Shown here piece by piece: positions 7,947 to 16,500 of a stretch of 34,120 bases of DNA. The stretch comes from a virus. Taxonomy: Duplodnaviria > Caudoviricetes. The translations under genes were made by a program, and so were the position numbers. Below the pieces are notes generated by a model. It searched no databases and had not been told where the DNA came from. It worked only from the letters and a program-made list of their open reading frames with translations. The DNA lies in the IMG/VR virus record IMGVR_UViG_3300037751_000573, positions 1-34,120 of that record. One strand, written 5' to 3'. How positions within the stretch are numbered: position 1 is the stretch's first letter; every line of letters begins with the position of its first letter.

Positions 7947-8951
7947 ATGTCAGTTCGCCCACATCCGACAAAGGGTTCTGGTTGGTGGTACGTTGATCTC
8001 GGTTACGGAAAGGATCGGCAACGGGTGCCGTTTGAGGGGAGCAAGGCCGAGGCCGAGCAATATGAGGCTGATCGCAAAAGGATTCTGAGACCGGCGAGAT
8101 CATCATCATGCTTTGATCGGGTAGGCGACCTGCTTGACCGCTACCTGGAAAGCTACGCCATGGAACACCAGCCATCAGGGACATCAAAGCAGCGAGAGAG
8201 GGTAGGGTTGATCCGGAAGCAGTTCGGTGCGATGTTGCTACAGGACATCACGGCTCAGGAGGTGGAGAGGTACAAGGTGGGGCGACTCCAGCACGTCAAG
8301 CATACCACAGTGAACAAGGAGCTTTCCGTTTTGGCTGGTCTCTTTCGTTGGTCTGTAGATATGGGGGTGCTCGATGATCCACCCTGTAAGATCCGGCGCT
8401 TTCCTCCCAAACTCACCAAGGCGCCAGTGCCACAAGTGCCAAGCCGGGAGATGATGGAGCGGATCATTAGGGAGATTCCTCTGCGAGTCAGAAGCCTGTT
8501 TATGTTGTCTTTCATGGTGGGGTTGCGCCCGGGTGAGGCGCGGGGGTTGCGGCAGGAACATTGGAACATTGAGCGGGCCACCCTGGCCATCACCGGCAAA
8601 GGCAACAAGACCAGGCATATTCCAGTGGTAAACCCTGCCATGGCCGCCGAGCTTACCGCTCGAGCACAGGCCACAAAAAGCGGCTACCTTTGGGAATCCC
8701 CTTGGACAAAAGGCCCATACCATGATATAAGGGGTGCGCTCAAAAAAGCCGCGGCACGGGCAGGGTGGACCGGGCCGATCTACCCCCACCTGCTGCGGCA
8801 TGCTGCCGGGACCGAGATGGTGGGCTTTGCCGATCTGCGCACTGTCCAGGTGATGCTTGGTCACAGCACCAGCGCCGTGACCGAGATTTACACCCACATT
8901 CGGCAGGACCGTTTGCGGGAGGCGATGGAGCGAATGGATGGAAAAAATTGA
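7947..8951 (+). CDS. int: Phage tyrosine integrase
   Basis: N-terminal arm-binding beta domain, SAM-like TVNKELSVL, GLRPGE (R), GKGNK (K), HLLRH, LGH...IY; adjacent to a tRNA fragment. Confidence 0.93.
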   Translation: MSVRPHPTKGSGWWYVDLGYGKDRQRVPFEGSKAEAEQYEADRKRILRPARSSSCFDRVGDLLDRYLESYAMEHQPSGTSKQRERVGLIRKQFGAMLLQDITAQEVERYKVGRLQHVKHTTVNKELSVLAGLFRWSVDMGVLDDPPCKIRRFPPKLTKAPVPQVPSREMMERIIREIPLRVRSLFMLSFMVGLRPGEARGLRQEHWNIERATLAITGKGNKTRHIPVVNPAMAAELTARAQATKSGYLWESPWTKGPYHDIRGALKKAAARAGWTGPIYPHLLRHAAGTEMVGFADLRTVQVMLGHSTSAVTEIYTHIRQDRLREAMERMDGKN

Positions 8952-8975
8952 CAGGTGCTGTCAATAAAATAGGCT
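8948..8975 (+). promoter_or_regulatory. Sigma70-type promoter for the reconstituted tRNA
   Basis: TTGACA (8948-8953, overlapping the int stop), 16 bp, TAGGCT (8970-8975), 10 bp before the tRNA 5' end. Confidence 0.5.
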
Positions 8976-8985
8976 TGAAACGCTT

Positions 8986-9024
8986 GCCTGGGTGGCGGAA
9001 CTGGTAGACGCAAGGGACTTAAAA
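8986..9024 (+). tRNA. 5' half of tRNA-Leu(UAA), forming the attP core (not a complete tRNA)
   Basis: GCCTGGGTGGCGGAACTGGTAGACGCAAGGGACTTAAAA: acceptor 5' strand, D arm, anticodon loop CTTAAAA. It is followed by GCCCC instead of TCCCT, with no T arm or CCA. Confidence 0.85.
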
Positions 9025-9094
9025 GCCCCGGCGCCTACAAAAAATAGTATTAAAAACAGATGGTTTGGTTGATATTTTTGGGGGAAAATTGACA

Positions 9095-9652
9095 TTAATT
9101 GACAGGTCTCTTTGTTTCTATTGGGCTGGTCATCATCCCCATGATCCTGGTTTTGAGATCGCTACTCTGCGACGACCCGAAGAAATACCCTATAACTGCC
9201 CCAAACCCCATAGCCAGAGCACCATACAGCTGATTGACCGGGCCGACATTTACCTCCGGCATCGTCCTAAAGGTCAGCAGGGCGGTGATCCCGAAGAATC
9301 CTGCAATTACTGTCCAGGCCAGCAGATACAGATTGGTGTCCCTGGTTCCTGTCGCCTTTGTAATCTCAATCTCCCGGCCCCGAGCGTTCTGCTTATCAGC
9401 CATGATGCCCTGGTCGATTTGCAGCGCGAGATGCCCGAGCGATACCTGGTGGGTGTTTTCCATTTCTTTCAGTTTAATGACCGTGGCAGGGTCTCCGAGC
9501 ATGTTGGCAACCTGTTCCGGAGTGGTGCCTCCTCCCAGGCCGAGCGCACCGAGCAACAATGATACCGCACCTCCCGCTGCCGGTCCTCCCAAAGCTGTGC
9601 CAAGCAGTGGCGCAAACTTGCTTACCGCCTGGCCAACGTCTTTCCATCCCAT
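9095..9652 (-). CDS. Holin-like membrane protein
   Basis: APLLGTALGGP N-terminus, D...AR.REI, two C-terminal TM helices, YFFGSS motif; directly after the endolysin. Confidence 0.7.
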   Translation of the reverse strand: MGWKDVGQAVSKFAPLLGTALGGPAAGGAVSLLLGALGLGGGTTPEQVANMLGDPATVIKLKEMENTHQVSLGHLALQIDQGIMADKQNARGREIEITKATGTRDTNLYLLAWTVIAGFFGITALLTFRTMPEVNVGPVNQLYGALAMGFGAVIGYFFGSSQSSDLKTRIMGMMTSPIETKRPVN

Positions 9653-9663
9653 GACTTTCCCCC

Positions 9664-10236
9664 TTATTGTTTTTTGTAGTTGAGTATCCCTTCGGCAATG
9701 GCGGCAGCAATGGTGCGGTAGCTGCTTAAGTTTGCAGAGTGCCGCCCACCGTCCGTCCCGTCGATGAAGAACGGTTCCACGATCACAAAGGGGCAGTTTG
9801 TTTCCGCCAGAATGTAATCGTGTTTTTCATCTCCATCCACATCGCCCGGGTAATCCACCACCCCCGGCCGATCCATTCTGTACCAGCCGTCCTTCACGCC
9901 CCTATCCTTGGCCGGCATCCTGGCCACTAGGGCGCTCTGGATTCCGGTGGCAAAAGAGCGGCCTATCACCGAACCCGGGCAAAAGAGCGTTTCGCAACCA
10001 TCGCCGCCGCCACCGTTAAGGTGGATTTCAACCCCAGAGTCAAAGCGGCCTGCATTAATTTCAGCCACCTTTTTTTGCAACGGCCCGGTCCCTATCAGGT
10101 ATGCCTTAATCCCGACATGGCCGAGGGCATTGACCAGCATCCCGGCGATGATCGCGGTTTCATGGTATTCGGTGAGTTGGTTCTTTGCTGCTCCGGGTGC
10201 TTCCGGGTGATGCCCTGCACTGATAGCTACCCTCAT
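9664..10236 (-). CDS. Endolysin, N-acetylmuramoyl-L-alanine amidase (Amidase_3)
   Basis: ISAGH, TE, EIHLN, VIVEPFF zinc/catalytic residues. Start MRVAIS with AAGGGGG SD. Confidence 0.88.
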   Translation of the reverse strand: MRVAISAGHHPEAPGAAKNQLTEYHETAIIAGMLVNALGHVGIKAYLIGTGPLQKKVAEINAGRFDSGVEIHLNGGGGDGCETLFCPGSVIGRSFATGIQSALVARMPAKDRGVKDGWYRMDRPGVVDYPGDVDGDEKHDYILAETNCPFVIVEPFFIDGTDGGRHSANLSSYRTIAAAIAEGILNYKKQ

Positions 10237-10268
10237 TTTCACCCCCTTAAAGGCACTGGCCTTGATTA

Positions 10269-10703
10269 TCATTTCACCCACATATCCCGCAAAATATTAG
10301 TCAACCCATTCGGCCCGTACCGCCACGGCTCTGTAAGCCCAAGCGCTGCAGCCTTTGCCTCGCTACAAAACATCCCCCGCTTCGACTCGCGAATAATCCC
10401 ACAAAGGAACCTGAGATTGCCCATCAGGTCATACGGTTCGCCCTCATGGTCGATAAACCATTGCCGAGCCGCCTCTTCTTTTTCCGGGGGAAGATCGATA
10501 AAATCCCACTTGTCTGGATCGTAGTCAATTTGCTTGAACCGGACCCCATCATCCATCCACGATGCAGAGGCGGATACGCCATCCGAAAAGATTAATTCGT
10601 CGTGGCTATAAGGCCCGTTGTCAACCAGTCGCACCAGCCGGTTATACAGTCCGGCAATCCCTGGGCTGGTGCCTTTGTACGAGGCTGATCTGAATTTCCC
10701 CAC
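10269..10703 (-). CDS. Permuted papain-like (NlpC/P60-related) phage protein
   Basis: YSHDELIF (His), GEPYD, MFCSE (Cys): His-before-Cys order. Confidence 0.65.
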   Translation of the reverse strand: MGKFRSASYKGTSPGIAGLYNRLVRLVDNGPYSHDELIFSDGVSASASWMDDGVRFKQIDYDPDKWDFIDLPPEKEEAARQWFIDHEGEPYDLMGNLRFLCGIIRESKRGMFCSEAKAAALGLTEPWRYGPNGLTNILRDMWVK

Positions 10704-10723
10704 AACAAGCCCCCCATTATTTT

Positions 10724-11098
10724 TTACAGTGTCTCCGCAACGGCGAATAGTTCGGCAAGCTCTAAGGCGGTCATACCAAGCACCAAGGCAAGACTCTGCA
10801 CAAGCGGCTGATCGCGCTCAACCATGCTGGAAAACTCCCATGCTATCCGGGCCGCTTCCCCTTCCGTCCCGGTCATTGCCGCAATCGCAGCGTTTACCTG
10901 GTCTAAAAGGCCATATTGCAACAGTGCGAGGCGGGCCTGGCGCATGGTCACAGAGGAAGAAATTACAATAGGTGGAGGATCGGCCGGTTCTATAACAGCC
11001 CCATCAGGCACAATGGAAGCCAGCCCGGACATTCTGCTAATGCCATCCTCATCAAAGACGGCCACGGTTGTTGCGGTGAGATATTTGTAAGTTTTCAT
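10724..11098 (-). CDS. Tail-fibre-associated protein (chaperone-like)
   Basis: SVTMRQARLALL..GLL motif common after phage fibre genes; coupled to the fibre gene. Confidence 0.65.
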   Translation of the reverse strand: MKTYKYLTATTVAVFDEDGISRMSGLASIVPDGAVIEPADPPPIVISSSVTMRQARLALLQYGLLDQVNAAIAAMTGTEGEAARIAWEFSSMVERDQPLVQSLALVLGMTALELAELFAVAETL

Positions 11099-12315
11099 AA
11101 CTCAGCACTCCATGCGAGATAAACGCCTGCACCGGATGTTTGTGCGTTTACTGAGTGCCCCCCCGTCAGGCCAGATGCTACAGTAAATAGGGTTCGAGAT
11201 CCCCATATTGATCCGTTGTTAAATGCTGGAACGGATGAACACGCTACGGCATTGTCTCCCGCAGTTCGTATTACATAATTCGATGCCGTGCCTGTTTGCT
11301 CTAGTGCCGTAGGGGCAGCTCTCATCTCAACCGGGAAAGGAGTGGAGCACAACGCTACCGTTGAAGAGTCAGCAAAGCCCGCAGGGGCTATCACCTCGGC
11401 CCCTGTCGAAGTCCTGCGGTAATAGTATCTCTGGCACATCGCGAGTTCATCACCGGCCCCGCGCTCTTGAAACCGCGTAGCTATCGTGCCAGCCTCAAGT
11501 TGTACTTTCCCAAGAGTGCCGGATGACGCGCCATTGCCGAACTCAATACTCATCGCGGCCCCAGCAGTTTGCCCGGTGATTAAGATGGGGCTTGCAGCGT
11601 AAGAACCTGCGGGAGTTGCGCTGTTCACTGCATAGCGAGCCAGCGCCGTGCCTTCCCATGAAAGCACATAGCTGGTACTGGCTACATTCTTATTTTCAAT
11701 GACCTGGATCAGCGTCTTATTCGCAGCAATCGTAATCTGTGTGTTTGAGGCAAGCTGTGTAAAGCTGTAATTTCCACCACCAGCCCCACCCTTCCACCTG
11801 TCATGCCCGTATGCTCCAGATGCCAGTGTGGCCGCAGAAACATAGCCCCTTTGATTGATCGTGAATCCACCGTTTATGACGATGTTTTTCCCTTCGCCTA
11901 TGGTTTTTTGGTATCGTAGATCACCAACCCTGGTAATAACAGCGCTAAGCGTGTCCACCACCGCGATGGGTACATATTCCCCCGTGGGCGGGGTGGTGGA
12001 TATCTGCATTACTCCAGCATTGTCTACGTAGAGGAAATTCGGGGCACTGGTCCCGTCCGTGTTGTCCGTGGCGGTTTTGCTGCCGGAACCCACCGCATAC
12101 TGCGTCCCGGCGATAACCACCACGCCGGATGTGTAGTCAACTGCCAACCCTGATCCGGCACTGGCAACCAGCCCGGAAACCGTGTAGTTATCTTCCAAGA
12201 CTGCGGCCAGGGCTACCTCAAGAATCTGGCTGTTTCCATTAATTTCGTCATCCCAGTTGCCGTCTCCAAAAGTGGGCTTTCTGAGCTTGAGCTGATAGGT
12301 ATATGAGTTTGCCAT
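11095..12315 (-). CDS. Tail fibre / receptor-binding protein
   Basis: N-terminal anchor LKLRKPTFGDGNWDDEINGN; NIVINGGFTINQRG, DRW, VQLEAG.IAT.F...ELAMCQRYY module; lower GC. Confidence 0.75.
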   Translation of the reverse strand: MANSYTYQLKLRKPTFGDGNWDDEINGNSQILEVALAAVLEDNYTVSGLVASAGSGLAVDYTSGVVVIAGTQYAVGSGSKTATDNTDGTSAPNFLYVDNAGVMQISTTPPTGEYVPIAVVDTLSAVITRVGDLRYQKTIGEGKNIVINGGFTINQRGYVSAATLASGAYGHDRWKGGAGGGNYSFTQLASNTQITIAANKTLIQVIENKNVASTSYVLSWEGTALARYAVNSATPAGSYAASPILITGQTAGAAMSIEFGNGASSGTLGKVQLEAGTIATRFQERGAGDELAMCQRYYYRRTSTGAEVIAPAGFADSSTVALCSTPFPVEMRAAPTALEQTGTASNYVIRTAGDNAVACSSVPAFNNGSIWGSRTLFTVASGLTGGHSVNAQTSGAGVYLAWSAEL

Positions 12316-12327
12316 GATTGCCTCCGG

Positions 12328-12816
12328 TTACGCGCTGATGGTAAGGGTCCAGGTCAGCGTCAAGCTGTCTCCGGCCCCTTTGTTCTTCACGGCAAAAACA
12401 GACCGGGCCAGCAGGGCGCCTGCGGAGGAGGAGTTGAAGATCCCAGCCTCGGTGATCGCCCCTGTGCCATCGCCCGCTGCCCAATCCCCCACATAGGTCA
12501 CTTTGTGAGCATCCGCTCCGCTCCCCTGGGTTTTGCTGGTCAGAGCATTGCGGTCCAACTCGGTGCCGAGGGCAGTATCTCCAGCCGCCGCCGCCGTGGT
12601 GCCGGTGCCAATGGCCATGTGGGACATGGCGGCTTCGCCCTGGTCGGAAAGCTGGTCTGCGATGTGGTTTTTGCCGGTGGTAACGACGAGATTGCGCTCG
12701 TGGTATTCGCGGACCTTTCCGGTCGACTCGTTGCGAAAAACAAAACAGAGGTCGCCGCGCAGTTTGATTTCCCCGCCTGCCTCCTGGCTTATTGCAATCT
12801 TTTCTATCTGCTTCAT
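12328..12816 (-). CDS. Minor tail / baseplate protein
   Basis: NLVVTTGK, HMAIGTG, DTALGTE, ITEAGIF, LTLTWT motifs typical of tail-fibre collar proteins. Confidence 0.75.
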   Translation of the reverse strand: MKQIEKIAISQEAGGEIKLRGDLCFVFRNESTGKVREYHERNLVVTTGKNHIADQLSDQGEAAMSHMAIGTGTTAAAAGDTALGTELDRNALTSKTQGSGADAHKVTYVGDWAAGDGTGAITEAGIFNSSSAGALLARSVFAVKNKGAGDSLTLTWTLTISA

Positions 12817-12866
12817 GGCAATCCACTCCTTTAAGGTTGTGCTGCGGCCTTTGGAGCTGGATTGCC
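12817..12866 (-). promoter_or_regulatory. RBS-sequestering hairpin
   Basis: - strand GGCAATCCA-G-CTCC ... GGAG-TGGATTGCC-ATG: a 13-bp stem with one bulge that covers the SD up to the start codon. Confidence 0.65.
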
Positions 12867-12905
12867 TATGGGGTAGGCTGTCGGGCGAGGCGGTTGGTTA
12901 TGTGG

Positions 12906-13271
12906 TTATTTGGTCAGGATCAACTTTTCCTGCTTTGTTTTTTGCAAAAAGTATTTCATCCCTTGGTCGGTGATAATATTTAAGGGGAAGATGTGGTCCG
13001 GATTTATATTGCCCGCTATTTCAAAATTAAAGACGTGGGAGAAGTCAAGGCTATCGCCCTTTTTCAGGTGGTAGGTTCTACCTTCCATCGGCTGCTGTTC
13101 TCCCTCTATATGGGCAACAACAGTGATGATGTCTTTTTCTATACCGACCACCTTCACGGAAAAAGACTTAGACCTGTGGCCCCCTACCTTCATCATCACT
13201 TCATGCTCGTTTTTTCCTGCCAAGCCTAAAATTGCCTTGGAGATACTTACCTTGGTTGTCTCTTGGATCAT
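12906..13271 (-). CDS. Hypothetical AT-rich protein
   Basis: 121 aa, ATGA-coupled to the upstream zinc-finger gene. Confidence 0.6.
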   Translation of the reverse strand: MIQETTKVSISKAILGLAGKNEHEVMMKVGGHRSKSFSVKVVGIEKDIITVVAHIEGEQQPMEGRTYHLKKGDSLDFSHVFNFEIAGNINPDHIFPLNIITDQGMKYFLQKTKQEKLILTK

Positions 13272-13522
13272 GGCATATACCCCTTATCTGTTTTGATTGC
13301 CCAGGTTGAGCCGCGCAGGGCGGCAAAGGTTTTCCCGCATTCCGGGCAGGTCAACCCGGTAAGCGGCTTATTTTTGTCAGCCGGGATCAACCGGCGCACA
13401 TCGAATATCTTAAAATCCACCTTGGCCCAAGCGATATGAGCATTGCAGGCGACACACCACACCATGGCCGCTTTTTCCATCCTGATCGCTAATTCATCGT
13501 TGGCCGTGCATTCGTCTTGCAT
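13268..13522 (-). CDS. Small zinc-finger protein
   Basis: CVAC...CPEC, GGAG SD, 84 aa. Confidence 0.65.
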   Translation of the reverse strand: MQDECTANDELAIRMEKAAMVWCVACNAHIAWAKVDFKIFDVRRLIPADKNKPLTGLTCPECGKTFAALRGSTWAIKTDKGYMP

Positions 13523-13524
13523 GT

Positions 13525-16500
13525 CTATCTCCCAAAAGGTGACGCGCCGTAGCCTGCGCCGATTGTAGGCCCGCCGAACCCGGCGCTGAAAATAATGGCT
13601 TCATCCGTGGCCGTCGCGGTGTCTGCAAGGCTGGCAGACACCACCGCCGCCAAAACCTCGGAGAGCATGGCTTCGTCAAGGGGGTTGACCACGGAAACGA
13701 GAGAGCCGCCGAAGTTCACCTCGCCAAAGCCGCCACCCCCGAACCCGGAAGAGAACGCCGGGACCACCAAATTTTCGGTAACGGTGAGAGAGTCCGCCAG
13801 TGGAACATGGAAATGGCACCCCAGAGACTCCCCGACGGTGGCTGTTTCCGCGATGGTGTGGTTGATCCGGAAGATGATTTGCAGTGCCTCGGCCACGGAA
13901 ACGGTCTCCACGGCTCCTATCACAATGAGGGCGAAGACCTGATCGTCGGAGAGGAAGATTGAGTCGTTGAAGAACCCAGGCAGCCCGATGGTGACGGTAA
14001 GCGAATCGAATGCGGTAACCGTATCGTTTATGGTCTGGTCCAGCAGGATGTACCGCAACGATTCGGCCACGATGCGGATGTAGTTTATCCGCCGCAACTT
14101 GCCGGAACCGAAAGCCCGATCCGCCGCCCGGATCACCATGTTTGCCTTGCGTAGCCGGTTGAATGGCGTGGTGAGGGTGATACAGTCCTCTTTCTCCAAG
14201 TCAAACTGGCCTAGATAGGTGTCGATGGCGTAGAAGGTCGAGGGATAGGCCAGGTTTTCCAGGTAAAAGGCCAGCAGGTCGTTGGCCATGGTCTCGCCGG
14301 TCACCAGATCGAAGGTGAACAGGTCGCGGTTTTCCAGGGTGCCGTGCTGGCCGATGGAGGCGTTGTTCAGCCCGGCCACAGAGGAGGTGAAACCTGCGGT
14401 CCCGGCATCGGCGGAAGTCCATTGCCTGGAGTAAAACAAGGTTATGGAGTTGATCAGGTCGGCAACCCTTTGGCGTTGAGCGGAAATGGAGCGCAGGCGA
14501 TAGTCTGCCACGGTCAGGGCCTTGCAGCCGAGTTGGTCAATGATCTTCTTGCGCAGGGCAATCTTGGCCTTTCCTGCATTCCAAAAAAACCGGCTGCGGC
14601 ACTGCCAGGCGAGTTTCTTTTCCGCCTCACGCACGGTCATGGAGGCATCGAGCAGGCCGTTGAAGGCATAGCCGATGGAGTCGAAGGTGGTGCCTGCCGC
14701 AGAAAAATTCGCACTATCGATGTATGCCGTGGGCATTCCCCCGCGCTGGCAGAGGATATACTTGCGCACAAGGTCAGGTCTGGTGATTACCGCGCCAGGG
14801 GTGCCGGTGTAGGTGCCGCTTTCGTCGTCAATCAGGCCGACAGGCTCACAGGTGACCTCGTCGGAAAACACCCGCTCCCGCTTGCGGAACTCCACATCAA
14901 AGAAGCAGTGAACGATGAAGACATCCTTGGCATCCACGGTGCCGCGATAGGTCAACTTCACATCACGCCCGGTGAACCACGCCCAGTCAAGATTGACGTA
15001 GCTGGTCAGGTCAAAGAGGTTGATGATGGTTCTGGTGGCCGCCTCGGCCTCCACGTTTTGCAGGGGCTGGTTGGCGGTGGCAAGAGGGTCGATGCTTATA
15101 TCGTTTGCGCTTCGCGCCGCGTTCACTCCACCGGTACTCAATGCGGCCACGGTGCCGGTCAGGGCCGGGGTGATGGTATTTGCAAGGGTCAAGCTCATTT
15201 GCATGCTGTTGGCCGCAGCGGTGGCTCCGTATACATTGCCGTACGCCGACAATCTGACCACCAGGCAATTAAGCACCCCGGGATTTGGGTTTGTCCTCGC
15301 CCCCAAGCCGATATTATATGTTCCTGGGATGGTTATTGTGTTTTCATACATGTCTGCCGGGCCAATAGGTGAGGCTCTGTAAACGTAATCGCTGCCCGCT
15401 ATTCCCCAGCCTATTTCAATATTCATCGTGGCAAGATTAAGGGATGTTGATATAGTCAATCTTCCATTGACAAAAGAGTTTGGGGTCGATAAAAAATGAA
15501 AATACTTTGATGTGCCGGAAGCCCCGTATGGTGCTGAAAGCGAGGAGGGAACAAGATCGTATGGGTTATAGGCCGTATCAGCCGTGGCGGTGGTAGCATG
15601 CCCATGGGCCGGGTCGTTGATGTTATAATTCGGGTTGGTGAAAGAATGGGTGTGTTCCCCGCTGATCGTCTTGGTGTGCCCGTGGTCAATGTCAATCTCG
15701 GCATCCACGGCAACGGCATCGGCCTGATTCGGGCGGGAGAGGTTACCCACAATGCCGATGCCCTCGACCCAGACCTCAACATAATCACTGAGAAATCGGT
15801 CTGACTCCCAATGCTCCACGGCCAAATACGCCTTGACAATCTCCCCCCTGTCCTGGTTGGCGGTGGTTTGCTGGAGAGACAACGCGGGGTAGAGAGGGCT
15901 GATCTTCGCCGCCGTGGCCTGGTCCGCTGCATCATAGGCGAGATATGCCTGATAGGCGGTGTTGTCGGCGTTGGTGAGGTCAAACTGCATTTCCAGGAAG
16001 GTAGATGCTTCGGAAAACCTGTAGCTGTACGGCTTTTCCGAGAATACCACCCTGGCCGGGTCGGAAGCGGGGTCCACGGTGTAAATCTCCGCCGGGGCAG
16101 CAAACCCGCCAACCATCACGGAGTTGATGGCATAGACCGGCCCCTTGCCCGCCAGAAAGGTGTGGTCCTCGATCTTTTGGACCACCTTGTCCCGGTCAAG
16201 ATGCTCCGCCGCTGCGGAGAGGTAGCCCCGTTGCAGCACGGCAAAGCTGGAAGCGGTTCGGCTTGAATACCTGACCAGCTCTTCGCCGAGCTGGATGGTG
16301 CCTACGGCTGCAAAGGCAAGCTCGTCCAGATCGCCATTGACGTTGATGGTCATGGTGGTGTCGAGGATAGAGCCGCTCAAGGTGGTTTCCGGTGCGGTCC
16401 TGGCGTAGAGGGTCGGAATCTCGCCGGGTGTGCCGATAATCAAGGGGATGCCCTTGCCGATGACGGCGGGTGCGGCGTTGGGCCAGGCCTCGGCGGTGAT

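Larger units (their letters stand above)
8944..9107. repeat. attP arm-type repeats AATTGACA
   Basis: AATTGACAGGT at 8946 and 9097, AAAATTGACA at 9085, inverted copy CTGTCAAT at 8958. They lie on both sides of the core. Confidence 0.65.

Noticed and set aside
8986-9075. Complete tRNA-Leu gene
   Set aside because: The anticodon stem 3' strand mismatches (GCCCC versus the expected TCCCT), and there is no T arm, acceptor 3' strand or CCA. Treated as an attP fragment.
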